From Candidatus Faecalibacterium gallistercoris (GTDB lineage Bacteria; Bacillota; Clostridia; Oscillospirales; Ruminococcaceae), in the NCBI GenBank assembly GCA_019116585.1, contig DXBJ01000013.1, positions 5,799 to 69,798 of the forward strand: a stretch of DNA of 64,000 nucleotides, written 5' to 3'. The notes under the pieces were generated by a model that worked only from the letters and a program-made list of their open reading frames with translations, was not told the DNA's origin and made no database searches. The position numbers and the translations under genes are program-made. Below, one piece after another: positions 55,094 to 64,000 of this stretch (its first letter is position 1; the number at the start of each line of letters is the position of its first letter).

Positions 55094-56268
55094 GTCGGAT
55101 GATCCGTTCCAAGGAAGCCACCGGAAAAACGGTGGAAGAAGCCCGCGCAGCGGCCTGCGCTGCCCTGGGCGTCAGCGAAGACGATCTGAATGTGAGCTAC
55201 GAGGTCCTCGAGATGCCCCAGAGCACCGGCTTTCTGGGCCTGAAGAAGATCCCCGCCAAGGTGCGCGTGATCGTGGAGGAAGAGGATCCCGCCCCCGCCG
55301 CGCCCGAAAAGCCTGCGGTGAAGGTGGTCCGGGCCGAGAAGGCCCAGCCGGCCGAGCCCGCGGAGAAGGCTGAAAAAGCCCAGCCGGCCCCGGCTCCCCA
55401 GCCCGCCGAAAAGCCCGCCCCCCAGCCTGCCCCGGCCCAGAAGCCTGCCGCCGCTCCCGCCGCGCAGGCCCCTGCCGCCGCCGTCACCGCGGCGCCCGCG
55501 GCGGTGGATGAGACGCCGGTCCCCATCGACATCGAGGCCAACCCCAAGGTGAAGGCCGCCGTGGAGTATCTGAAAGAGATCGTGGCCCTGATGGGAGTGG
55601 AGGACGTGACCTTCAGCGCCGTCCAGAAAGGGGAGGCCACCATCATCCGCCTGGACGGCGACAAGATGGGCGCCCTGATCGGCCGCCGGGGCGAGACCAT
55701 GGAGAGCCTCTCTTATCTGGCCAGCCTGGTGGCCAACCGGATGGAAGGGGATTACATCAAGCTGGGCCTGGACGTGGCCGGCTACCGCGGCAAGCGGGAA
55801 AACGACCTGACCGCCCTGGCCCAGAAAATCGGCCAGAAGGTCCGCCGCAGCGGCCGCTGCTTCTCCATGGAGCCCATGAACCCCTACGAGCGCCGGATCA
55901 TCCACTCGGCCATCAGCCAGATGGAGGGCCTGCGCAGCGAGAGCAAGGGCGAGGGCAAGGACCGGCACGTGGTCATCTACTCCACCGAGCCGGGGGCCCA
56001 GACCGAGACCTATGAGCGCCGCCCCCGCTCCGGCCGGGACAGCCGCCGGGGCGACAACCGCGGCCGCCGCAGCGGTGACCGCAGCGAGCGGGGCAGCCGG
56101 GAAGGCCGCCGTCCCCGCGGCGACCGCAGCCGTGGGCCCCGTCCCTCCAGCGTGCCGGAGCGCAGCTTTGCGCCGGTGGACGCCGCCAGCGCCGCCCCCG
56201 TGGCCCCCAAGCGGACCCAGCGGGTGGACGACTTCGCGGACCTGGACTTCGGCAAGATCGAGCTGTAA
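55090..56268 (+). CDS. jag: Jag/KhpB RNA-binding protein (Jag_N, KH, R3H) with expanded Pro/Ala linker and Arg/Gly-rich tail
   Basis: Jag_N start ...KEATGKTVEEARAAACAALGV..., KH-like core, R3H (PMNPYERRIIHSAI). About 90-aa PA-rich insert and RG/RS-rich C-tail. 392 aa versus roughly 210-250 aa typical. Confidence 0.85.
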   Translation: MSRMIRSKEATGKTVEEARAAACAALGVSEDDLNVSYEVLEMPQSTGFLGLKKIPAKVRVIVEEEDPAPAAPEKPAVKVVRAEKAQPAEPAEKAEKAQPAPAPQPAEKPAPQPAPAQKPAAAPAAQAPAAAVTAAPAAVDETPVPIDIEANPKVKAAVEYLKEIVALMGVEDVTFSAVQKGEATIIRLDGDKMGALIGRRGETMESLSYLASLVANRMEGDYIKLGLDVAGYRGKRENDLTALAQKIGQKVRRSGRCFSMEPMNPYERRIIHSAISQMEGLRSESKGEGKDRHVVIYSTEPGAQTETYERRPRSGRDSRRGDNRGRRSGDRSERGSREGRRPRGDRSRGPRPSSVPERSFAPVDAASAAPVAPKRTQRVDDFADLDFGKIEL

Positions 56269-56362
56269 GCCCGGCGCGGAAAAACCGGCATCGTTTTTGT
56301 GGCAACCCGCTGCCGCCGGCTGAGCCGGCGCGGCCCCCGGGGTAGGAGAGGAGGCGCCCTGT

Positions 56363-56695
56363 ATGGCGATCACGGTCCATATCTTTTACACCGGAAAGAA
56401 CGGCAGCGCCCGGCGCTTTGCCGAGGAGATGGTCTCCAGCGGCACGGTGGCCCGCATCCGGGCCGAAGCCGGCAACCTCCGCTACGAATACTTTTTCCCC
56501 ATGGACGACCCGGAGACGGTCCTTTTGATCGACAGCTGGGCCGGCCAGGAAGCGCTGGACGTCCACCACGCCTCCCCCATGATGGGGCAGATCGCCGCCC
56601 TGCGGGACAAGTACGACCTGCACATGAAGGTGGAGCGCTATCGCTCGGACGACGTCGGCCTGCCCGCCCGGGACGCGGGGTTCATCCGCCAGTAA
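56363..56695 (+). CDS. Antibiotic-biosynthesis-monooxygenase (ABM) domain protein
   Basis: 110 aa with ferredoxin-like ABM pattern (ITVHIFY...LRYEYF...LLIDSWAGQEALDVHHASP). Confidence 0.6.
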   Translation: MAITVHIFYTGKNGSARRFAEEMVSSGTVARIRAEAGNLRYEYFFPMDDPETVLLIDSWAGQEALDVHHASPMMGQIAALRDKYDLHMKVERYRSDDVGLPARDAGFIRQ

Positions 56696-56786
56696 ATAAC
56701 GCCTTGTAACATGAGCCTCTGCTTTTCCGGTCGGGAATAGCAGGGGCTTTTTCTTGGCCGCCCGCGGCCGGGGAAAAGGGGCGGAG

Positions 56787-56818
56787 TTTTCCACATTTTC
56801 CTTGAAAAAAGTGGAAAA
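56787..56818. promoter_or_regulatory. Pair of DnaA-box-like sites upstream of mnmE
   Basis: TTTTCCACA 56787-56795 and AGTGGAAAA 56810-56818 in inverted orientation. Confidence 0.5.
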
Positions 56819-56920
56819 CAGGCCCCTGGGCCGGCGTTCCTTTTTCCGGCCAAACGTGGTACAATACACACAGCAACAGACCTGCCCGGCGCTCCGGGCG
56901 GGAGAAGGAGGGGAGATCCT

Positions 56921-58294
56921 ATGCTGGAAAACAGCACCATTGCCGCCGTGGCGACGCCCCCCGGCGAGGGAGGCATCGCGGTGGTGCGGCTGTCGGGGCC
57001 GGAGAGCTTCCGCGTTGCGGAGCAGGTGTTCCGCCCCATGGACCGCCGCAAACAGGTGGCCCAGGCCAGAGGCTACACCGCCCTGTACGGGCAGTTTGCC
57101 GACGGGGAAGAACTTTTTGACGACGGCATCGCCCTGTTTTTCCGGGCGCCCCACAGCTATACCGGCGAGGACGTGGTGGAACTGTCCTGCCACGGTGGGA
57201 ACGCCGTGGCCCGCCGCCTGGTGGAAGCCTGCCTGGCGGCGGGGGCCGTACCCGCCGGGCCGGGGGAGTATACCCGGCGCGCCCTGCTCAACGGCAAGCT
57301 CAGCCTGACCCAGGCCGAGGCGGTGATGGACCTGATCGCGGCGGGAGGGCGGCAGGGGGCCGCCCTGGCCAACGCGGCCCGGGGCGGGGCCCTGGCCCGG
57401 AAGATCGCCGCCCAGCAGCAGGCCCTGACCGGCCTGCAGGCCCATCTCACCGCCTGGGTGGATTTCCCCGAGGAGGATGTACCCGCCCTGGAGGACGGCC
57501 CGCTCCGGGCCTCGCTGGAAGAAGTGAAGGCCGCCCTGGACGAGCTGATCGGCGGCTACAACGCGGCGGCCGTCTTGCGGGAGGGGATCGACTGCGCCAT
57601 TGTGGGCCGGCCCAACGCGGGCAAGTCCACCCTGCTCAACCTGCTGGCCGGCTTTGACCGGGCCATCGTCACCCCCATCGCCGGCACCACCCGGGACGTG
57701 GTGGAGCAGGCGGTCCAGTTGGGGGACATCCGGCTGAACCTCTTCGACACCGCCGGCCTGCGCCAGACCGACGACCCGGTGGAGGCCGAGGGGGTCCGGC
57801 GCAGCTGGGCCAAGCTGGCCGAGGCGGGGCTGGTGCTGGCCGTCTTTGACGGCTCCCGGCCGCTGACCCGGGAGGACTTTGACCTGGCCCGGCGCTGCGC
57901 CGGATGCCGGGCCATCGCCCTGGTCAACAAGGAGGACCTGCCCCTGCAGTTCGATGTGGAGGCGATCGCCCCTTATTTTGGGATGGTGATCCCGGTCTGC
58001 TGCAAAGAGGAGGGGGCACGCAAGGTGATCGCCGCCGCGGTGGCCCGCCTGCTGGGCACCGGCCGCATCGACCCCCACGCCGCCAGCCTGTCGGGCCAGA
58101 GGCAGCTGTCGGCGGCCCTCCGGGCCCGGGACGGCGTGGCCGGCGCGCTGGAAGCGCTGGACACCGGCTTCGGGCTGGACGCCGTCTCGGTCTGTGTGGA
58201 CGACGCCCTGGCCGCTCTCTACGACCTGACCGGCGAAAACGCCTCGGACGCCGTCATCGACGAAGTGTTTGAAAAATTCTGCGTGGGCAAGTAA
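56921..58294 (+). CDS. mnmE: tRNA modification GTPase MnmE
   Basis: G-domain GRPNAGKSTLLN, DTAGLR, and C-terminal FCVGK motif. Confidence 0.95.
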   Translation: MLENSTIAAVATPPGEGGIAVVRLSGPESFRVAEQVFRPMDRRKQVAQARGYTALYGQFADGEELFDDGIALFFRAPHSYTGEDVVELSCHGGNAVARRLVEACLAAGAVPAGPGEYTRRALLNGKLSLTQAEAVMDLIAAGGRQGAALANAARGGALARKIAAQQQALTGLQAHLTAWVDFPEEDVPALEDGPLRASLEEVKAALDELIGGYNAAAVLREGIDCAIVGRPNAGKSTLLNLLAGFDRAIVTPIAGTTRDVVEQAVQLGDIRLNLFDTAGLRQTDDPVEAEGVRRSWAKLAEAGLVLAVFDGSRPLTREDFDLARRCAGCRAIALVNKEDLPLQFDVEAIAPYFGMVIPVCCKEEGARKVIAAAVARLLGTGRIDPHAASLSGQRQLSAALRARDGVAGALEALDTGFGLDAVSVCVDDALAALYDLTGENASDAVIDEVFEKFCVGK

Positions 58295-58414
58295 GCGGCC
58301 CTGCCCCGGCCCGAACGGGGATCGGGATGGCGTTCGTCCCCGCCGCTGCGCAGGGGAATGCAGCAATGTGAAAACGGACAGCGGCCGCTGGGGGCTGCGA
58401 CAGAAAGGACTTGT

Positions 58415-60316
58415 ATGAACCATCTTGGAGATTATGATGTGATCGTGATCGGCGCGGGGCACGCGGGGATCGAGGCGGCCCATGCGGCCGCCGTCCTGGG
58501 GGCCCGTACCGCTGTTTTTACCATGAGCCTGGACGCGGTGGGCAATATGCCCTGCAACCCCAGCATCGGCGGCACCGCCAAGGGCACCCTGGTGCGGGAA
58601 GTGGACGCCCTGGGCGGGCTGATGGGCCTGGCCGCCGATGCTACCGCCCTGCAGAGCCGGATGCTCAACCGGGGCAAGGGCCCGGCGGTCCACGCCCTGC
58701 GGGTCCAGACCGACCGCCGCCGCTACAACGCCTGGATGAAGCACGCCCTGGAGCTGACCCCCGGCCTTGCCATCCATCAGGCCGAGGTGGTCCGCATCGA
58801 GGTGGAGGCCGGGCAGGTGAGGGGAGTGGTCACCCAGCTGGGGGGCGAGTACGGTGCCCGGTGCGTGGTCATCGCCACCGGCACCAACCTGGGGGGCAAG
58901 ATCTTTGTGGGGGATGCCTGGTACGCTTCAGGCCCCGACGGGATGCACGCCGCCAACGCCCTGACCGGCAGCCTGCGGGACATCGGGCTGCCCCTGCGCC
59001 GGTTCAAGACCGGCACCCCCGCACGGGTCCACCGGCGGAGCATCGACTTCGACAAGCTGGAGCGCCAGCCCGGCGACCCCGAGGACACCCTGCAGCCCTT
59101 CAGCTTCCTGACCGAAGCGCCCGTCCGCAACAAGGCCGACTGCTACATCGCCTACACCAACCCCCGCACCCACCGGATCATTCTAGACAACATCCACCGC
59201 AGCCCCCTCTATGGGGGGATGATCGAGGGGGTGGGCCCCCGCTATTGCCCTTCCATCGAGGACAAGGTGGTCCGCTTTGCGGACAAGGACCGCCACCCCA
59301 TCTTCGTGGAGCCCTGCGGGGAGGACACCGAAGAAATGTACCTGCAGGGGGCGTCCAGCAGCCTGCCCGAGGATGTCCAGAACGATTTCTACCACAGCAT
59401 TGTGGGCTTTGAGCGGCTGGAGATCATCCGGCCGGCCTACGCCATCGAATACGACTGCGTCGACCCCACCAGCCTGACCCCCGCCCTGGAAAGCCGCCAG
59501 GTGGCCGGCCTGTACGGGGCGGGCCAGTTCAACGGCACCTCCGGCTACGAGGAGGCCGCCGCCCAGGGCATCCTGGCCGGGATCAACGCCGCCCGCCGCG
59601 CGCTGGGCAAAGAGCCGGTCATCCTGCCCCGGCAGTCCAGCTACATCGGCACCCTGGTGGACGACCTGGTCACCAAAGGGGTGATGGACCCCTACCGGAT
59701 GATGACCAGCCGCAGCGAATACCGGCTGATCCTCCGGCAGGACAACGCCGACAGCCGCCTGACTCCCATCGGGCGGGAGGCGGGCCTGGTGTCGGACGCC
59801 CGGTGGGAAAAGTACCAGCGCACCCAGCAGCTGCTGGAAGCCGAGCGCGCCCGGCTGTCCGCCGTCCACGTCAGGACGGCCCCCCTGCAGGAAGCCATGG
59901 AGGCCGCCGGCCTTGTCCCCGCCGCCCAGGGCGGCCCGGCAGCCGAGCTGCTCCGCCGGCCCGAGATCCATTACCCCCTGCTGGCCGGTCTGATCGGCTG
60001 GGGGGAGGGGATCACCCCCATGCTGGCCGAACGGCTGGAGACGGAGGTGAAATACGCCGGCTACATCGCCCGGCAGGACCGGATGATCCGGGACGTCGCC
60101 CGGCGGGAAAAAACCCTGATCCCGGAGGATTTTTCCTACCAGGAGCTGACCGGCCTGACCCTGGAAGCGCGGGAAAAGCTGGCCCGCATCCGTCCCCGCA
60201 GCCTGGGGCAGGCAGGGCGCATCCCCGGCGTGTCCCCGTCCGACCTGGCCCAGCTGAGCATCGCGCTGGCCGCCGCCCAGAAACAGAGTGAGAAGGAGGC
60301 TCCCCATGATCGATAA
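58415..60316 (+). CDS. mnmG: tRNA uridine 5-carboxymethylaminomethyl modification enzyme MnmG
   Basis: YDVIVIGAGHAGIEAA FAD motif. Full-length GidA pattern. ATG 58415 after GAAAGGA. Confidence 0.95.
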   Translation: MNHLGDYDVIVIGAGHAGIEAAHAAAVLGARTAVFTMSLDAVGNMPCNPSIGGTAKGTLVREVDALGGLMGLAADATALQSRMLNRGKGPAVHALRVQTDRRRYNAWMKHALELTPGLAIHQAEVVRIEVEAGQVRGVVTQLGGEYGARCVVIATGTNLGGKIFVGDAWYASGPDGMHAANALTGSLRDIGLPLRRFKTGTPARVHRRSIDFDKLERQPGDPEDTLQPFSFLTEAPVRNKADCYIAYTNPRTHRIILDNIHRSPLYGGMIEGVGPRYCPSIEDKVVRFADKDRHPIFVEPCGEDTEEMYLQGASSSLPEDVQNDFYHSIVGFERLEIIRPAYAIEYDCVDPTSLTPALESRQVAGLYGAGQFNGTSGYEEAAAQGILAGINAARRALGKEPVILPRQSSYIGTLVDDLVTKGVMDPYRMMTSRSEYRLILRQDNADSRLTPIGREAGLVSDARWEKYQRTQQLLEAERARLSAVHVRTAPLQEAMEAAGLVPAAQGGPAAELLRRPEIHYPLLAGLIGWGEGITPMLAERLETEVKYAGYIARQDRMIRDVARREKTLIPEDFSYQELTGLTLEAREKLARIRPRSLGQAGRIPGVSPSDLAQLSIALAAAQKQSEKEAPHDR

Positions 60317-61013
60317 AAACCGCCTGGCCGAAAAGTGTTCCACGTGGAACATCGCCCTCACCGGCCGCCAGCTGGACCAGCTGGACCGGTACGCCGAGCT
60401 TCTGGTCAGCTACAACCAGAAGGTCAACCTGACCGCCATCACCGACCCCGAGGGGATCGAGGACAAGCATTTCCTGGACAGCCTGCTGTTCGCCTGTCAG
60501 CCCGAGGTGGCCGGCCGGATGGTGGACGTGGGGGCGGGGGCGGGTTTCCCGGGCATCGTAACCAAGATCTACAAGCCGGAGCTGGCCCTCACCCTGATGG
60601 AGCCCACCGGCAAGCGGGTGGAGTTCCTCCGCTATGTCTGCGGGCAGCTGGGGCTGGAAGGGGTCGAATTCGCCAAAGAGCGGGCGGAGGAAGCCGCCCG
60701 GAAAACCTGGCGGGAACAATTCGACCTGGCCTCGGCCCGGGCGGTGGCCGCCCTGCCGGTGCTGGCCGAATACTGCCTGCCGCTGGTCCGGGTCGGGGGC
60801 GCCTTCATCGCCATGAAAGGGGCCTCCGCCGCCGAAGAACTGGAGGCCGCTCAGGGGGCCATCCGCAGGCTGGGGGGCCGGTACAGCCAGACCCGGGCGT
60901 TCCACCTGCCCGGCGGGGACGCCCGCAGCCTGGTGGTTGTCCAAAAAATATCGCAGACTCCGACCGCATACCCCAGAAACGGCGGAAAAATTGCGAAAGC
61001 ACCCTTGAAATAA
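60306..61013 (+). CDS. rsmG: 16S rRNA (guanine527-N7)-methyltransferase RsmG
   Basis: NQKVNLTAI...HFLDSL...DVGAGAGFPG SAM motif. AAGGAGG RBS before ATG 60306. Confidence 0.92.
   Translation: MIDKNRLAEKCSTWNIALTGRQLDQLDRYAELLVSYNQKVNLTAITDPEGIEDKHFLDSLLFACQPEVAGRMVDVGAGAGFPGIVTKIYKPELALTLMEPTGKRVEFLRYVCGQLGLEGVEFAKERAEEAARKTWREQFDLASARAVAALPVLAEYCLPLVRVGGAFIAMKGASAAEELEAAQGAIRRLGGRYSQTRAFHLPGGDARSLVVVQKISQTPTAYPRNGGKIAKAPLK
60336..60351. other. parS site 1 (TGTTCCACGTGGAACA), inside the rsmG 5' coding region
   Basis: Perfect 16-bp palindrome matching the Firmicutes parS consensus TGTTNCACGTGAAACA. Confidence 0.85.
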
Positions 61014-61099
61014 TGCGCAAATCCGCGTCCCCCGGCGAAGAGGGGCGAACGATTCTGCTGGAAAAGACGGCGTTTCTGTGGTACTCTTTGGATGAGAGG

Positions 61100-61131
61100 T
61101 TTTCCACAGGGACGCCTTTTTGTGTGGAAAA
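61100..61131. promoter_or_regulatory. Pair of DnaA-box-like sites upstream of the noc/parB-like gene
   Basis: TTTTCCACA 61100-61108 and TGTGGAAAA 61123-61131 in inverted orientation. Confidence 0.5.
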
Positions 61132-61274
61132 TTTGTCCCGGGGGCGCCGGGCCGGCGTTCCAGAGGGGAGAGGGCCGGGGGATATTTCCCCGCGGGAATC
61201 TGCGGGGCGGCCGGGCCGGCGGGAATGTCCCCCGCCGGAACGGGCTGCCGAACGTTGAAAAGGGGGTATCAGCT

Positions 61275-62078
61275 GTGTTTGAACGTAAAAAACCGGTGGG
61301 GAAGGTGGTGGCGCTGCCCGTAAGCCAGATCGAGCCGTCGCCCTTCCAGGCGCGGCGGACCTTTGACGAAGCCGAGCTGGCGGGCCTGGCGGCCAGCATC
61401 CGGGAAAACGGCCTGCTGCAGCCGGTGACGGTCCGGCGCCTGGGGCCCGACCGCTACGAGCTGGTGGCAGGGGAGCGGCGGCTGCGGGCCTGCAAGCTGG
61501 CGGGGATGGAAAAGATCCCGGCCATCGTCCGGGACTGCGAGGACCGGGAGACGGCGGCCCTGGGCCTGCTGGAAAACATCCAGCGGGCCGACCTGAACCC
61601 CTTCGAGCAGGCCCGGGGCCTCCAGGACATCCTGGCTTTGTGGGGCTGCACCCAGGCAGAGGCGGCCCGCCGCCTGGGCATGGCCCAGCCCACCCTGGCC
61701 AACAAGCTGCGGCTGCTGCAGCTGACCCCCGACCAGCAAAAATTCATTTTGGACAGCCGCCTGACCGAGCGCCACGCCCGGGCGGTGCTGCGCCTGCCCG
61801 AAAACCGCCGCAGCGAAGCCCTGATCTACATCAGCGCCCACAAGCTGAATGCCCGGGCCACCGACCGCTACATCGAACAGCTGCTGAACGCCCCGCCCCG
61901 GCCGCCCCGCCGGCGGCTGCCCATGGTAAAGGACGTGCGCATCTTTGTCAACACCATCGACCACGCCATCCGGCTGATGACCGACAACGGCGTCCCCGCC
62001 ACCGCCCGCCGGGAGGAAGGGGACGGATACATCGAATACACCGTCCGCATCCCCACCGGGACGGGCGGCAAACCCTGA
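61275..62078 (+). CDS. noc: ParB/Noc family protein (Noc-position paralog)
   Basis: ParB N-domain with LVAGERRLRA arginine patch, HTH ...TQAEAARRLGMAQPTLANKLRLL. Gene order rsmG-noc-soj. Start inferred as GTG 61275. Confidence 0.8.
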   Translation: MFERKKPVGKVVALPVSQIEPSPFQARRTFDEAELAGLAASIRENGLLQPVTVRRLGPDRYELVAGERRLRACKLAGMEKIPAIVRDCEDRETAALGLLENIQRADLNPFEQARGLQDILALWGCTQAEAARRLGMAQPTLANKLRLLQLTPDQQKFILDSRLTERHARAVLRLPENRRSEALIYISAHKLNARATDRYIEQLLNAPPRPPRRRLPMVKDVRIFVNTIDHAIRLMTDNGVPATARREEGDGYIEYTVRIPTGTGGKP

Positions 62079-62097
62079 GGCCCGCCGGGCCTCTTTT

Positions 62098-62113
62098 TGT
62101 TTCACGTGGAACA
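62098..62113. other. parS site 2 (TGTTTCACGTGGAACA)
   Basis: 15/16 palindromic consensus match, 20 nt after the noc stop. Confidence 0.85.
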
Positions 62114-62178
62114 CTTGCGCTGACGCCCCGGGTCTGGTATCATGGAAGCAGAAAACCAGACAAAAGGGAGGGATGAAC

Positions 62179-62982
62179 ATGCGGATCGAGCTGCGGGAGC
62201 GGACCGAAGAGAATGTCCGCACCTATTTTGCCCGCACCCGGGACCCGGCCATTCAGGCCGTGCTCCCCCAGGCCAGCCGGACGGTGGAGCAGGCCCTGGA
62301 GGCCTACCGCCAGAGCCTTGCCCCCGGCTCGGCCAGCTATGGCCGGACCATCTGGGCGGAAGGGGCCTATGTGGGGGACATCTGGTGCTACGGCATCCAC
62401 CAGGAGCCCGACCCCGACGCCATGCTGAGTTTCTGCATTTTCGCAAAGGAGCGCTGGGGCCAAGGCATCGCCACCCAGGCGCTGAGGCAGTTCCTGGCCG
62501 GGATCGTGTCCCGCTTTGGGCTGAGACGGATCGGGGCCTTCCTCTACGAGGATAACTCTGCCTCCCGCCGTGTGCTGGAAAAAGCAGGCTTTGCCCTGCA
62601 GGAACGCTGGATCGAGGAGGGGAGAGCTTCCCTCTACTGCATCTACACTGCGACAAAGGAGGAAAACGCCATGACGTTCACCCAAGAGAGCAACCGTATT
62701 TTCTGCGAACGGGACGGCAAAACGCTGGCCGAGGTCACCTTCCCGGAGGCCGGGCCGGGGGTGGTGGTCATCGACCACACCTGGGTGGACGGCGCCCTGC
62801 GGGGGCAGGGCGCCGCCGGACAGCTGATGCAGGCCGTGGTGGAGCTGCTGCGGGCCGACGGCCGCAAGGCGAGGGCCACCTGTTCCTACGCCCGGGCCTG
62901 GCTGGCAAAGCATCCCGAGGCTGCGGATGTGCTGGCCCCCGACTGGTGCGACGGGCCAGAGGCCTGCAGGCTCCGGTTCTGA
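62179..62982 (+). CDS. Two-domain GNAT acetyltransferase (RimJ/L-like N-domain fused to YjdJ-type small GNAT)
   Basis: N-domain has ...RWGQGIATQALRQFL...NSASRRVLEKAGF. C-domain has MTFTQESNRIF...DHTWVDGALRGQGAAGQLM...CSYA. An internal AAGGAGG lies 8 nt before the in-frame ATG 62671. Confidence 0.65.
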   Translation: MRIELRERTEENVRTYFARTRDPAIQAVLPQASRTVEQALEAYRQSLAPGSASYGRTIWAEGAYVGDIWCYGIHQEPDPDAMLSFCIFAKERWGQGIATQALRQFLAGIVSRFGLRRIGAFLYEDNSASRRVLEKAGFALQERWIEEGRASLYCIYTATKEENAMTFTQESNRIFCERDGKTLAEVTFPEAGPGVVVIDHTWVDGALRGQGAAGQLMQAVVELLRADGRKARATCSYARAWLAKHPEAADVLAPDWCDGPEACRLRF

Positions 62983-63122
62983 TCGGGGTCCCGCCGCCTG
63001 AAACCGCGCCGGAAAAGGGCGGCGGGCGGGTGGGCGCGGCTCATTTACCCCAATTTTACCGCCGAAAGGTTTGACGTTCCGTGGGGAATGGATTATAATA
63101 GAGTGCGTAACAGAAAGGGGAG

Positions 63123-63138
63123 TGTTCCACGTGGAACA
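63123..63138. other. parS site 3 (TGTTCCACGTGGAACA)
   Basis: Perfect palindrome 23 nt upstream of the soj start. Confidence 0.85.
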
Positions 63139-63160
63139 TCCCGCAGAGAGGGAGGATTCC

Positions 63161-64000
63161 GTGGGTAAGATCGTAGCAGTGGCAAATCAGAAAGGCGGCG
63201 TGGGCAAGACCACCACCGCCGTCAATCTTTCGGCCTGTGTGGCCGCGCTGGGCAAAAAGGTCCTGATCGTGGATCTGGACCCCCAGGGCAACTCCACCAC
63301 CGGCTACGGCATCTCCAAGCGGAGCGTCGAGATGGGCACCTACGAGGTGCTGATCGGGGAGGCCCCGGCCCGGGATGCCATCCGCAAGACCAACTTCCGC
63401 ACCGATGTCCTGCCTTCCAACACCCGGCTGGCCGGCGCGGGGCTGGAGCTGATCGACCTGCCCGGCCGGGAAAGCCGGCTGCGCAAGGGGCTGGCCCCTA
63501 TCCAGCAGGATTACGATTACATCTTCATCGACTGCCCGCCCAGCCTGGACCTGCTGACCCTGAACGGCCTGTGCGCCTGCGACAGCGTCCTGATCCCCAT
63601 CCAGTGCGAGTATTACGCCCTGGAGGGCCTGAGTGAGCTGATCAGCACCCTCAAGACGGTGCGGCGGAAGTACAATTCCTACCTGGACATCGAGGGCGTG
63701 GTCTTTACCATGTACGCCGGCCGCTACAACCTGACCCTGCAGGTGGTGGAGCAGGTGCAGAAATACTTCGGGGACAAGGTCTACCAGACCACCATCCCCC
63801 GGACCATCCGCATCTCGGAGGCCCCCAGCTACGGCCAGCCCATCAACTACTACGAGCCCAAGGGCAAGGGCAGCGAGGCCTATATGGACCTGGCCATCGA
63901 GTTCGTCAAGCGGAACCGCCCGCGGGACCCCCAGCCCCACCGCCGGCGGAGCAGGACGGCCAAAACCGAGGCATCTGCAAAGACGCCCCAGAAAGCATAA
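63161..64000 (+). CDS. soj: Chromosome partitioning ATPase ParA/Soj
   Basis: Deviant Walker A KIVAVANQKGGVGKTTTAVNLSA. GTG 63161 after GAGGGAGGA. Basic C-terminal extension. Confidence 0.92.
   Translation: MGKIVAVANQKGGVGKTTTAVNLSACVAALGKKVLIVDLDPQGNSTTGYGISKRSVEMGTYEVLIGEAPARDAIRKTNFRTDVLPSNTRLAGAGLELIDLPGRESRLRKGLAPIQQDYDYIFIDCPPSLDLLTLNGLCACDSVLIPIQCEYYALEGLSELISTLKTVRRKYNSYLDIEGVVFTMYAGRYNLTLQVVEQVQKYFGDKVYQTTIPRTIRISEAPSYGQPINYYEPKGKGSEAYMDLAIEFVKRNRPRDPQPHRRRSRTAKTEASAKTPQKA

Noticed and set aside
61092-61274. Long N-terminal extension of the noc/parB-like ORF (ATG 61092) and of soj (ATG 63071)
   Set aside because: The extensions cross DnaA boxes and parS sites and encode Gly/Arg/Pro-rich junk. 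Conserved N-termini with good RBS begin at GTG 61275 and GTG 63161.

Overview
High-GC (~65%) Firmicutes/Clostridia-type chromosome segment that includes the replication origin. The right third is the canonical origin neighbourhood. Reading leftward on the minus strand it carries dnaA, dnaN, yaaA(S4), recF, remB, gyrB and gyrA. Reading rightward on the plus strand it carries rpmH, rnpA, yidD, yidC, jag, mnmE, mnmG, rsmG, a noc/parB-like gene, and soj/parA. DnaA-box clusters (TTTTCCACA type) flank dnaA, and three parS palindromes lie around the partition genes. The left end (1-1638) is lower-GC DNA from an integrated mobile element with an IS110-type transposase and a RepA_N replication initiator. 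It ends at a 45-nt tRNA 3' fragment. The middle of the window holds several modules:
- a Crp/Fnr regulator overlapping a TrxB-like reductase
- an ArsR / HMA / P1B-ATPase metal module
- a large glucuronide/glycosaminoglycan-type sugar locus: ABC importer, GH88, GH2 beta-glucuronidase, DUF2264, YesMN two-component system, heparinase II/III-like protein and YesL
- mgtE with a long terminator-containing leader
- PFOR (nifJ), a fused MacB-type ABC transporter, and mntP behind a yybP-ykoY Mn2+ riboswitch

The most unusual signal is a ~240-285 nt element present twice (6549-6787 and 14006-14290). Compensatory base changes and G-U wobbles make sense only on the minus strand, so it looks like a structured RNA that I cannot assign to a known family. 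The second notable signal is a dense DnaA-box cluster about 40 kb from oriC that splits the metal-resistance operon. Most long ORFs antisense to real genes in the six-frame track are high-GC artefacts.
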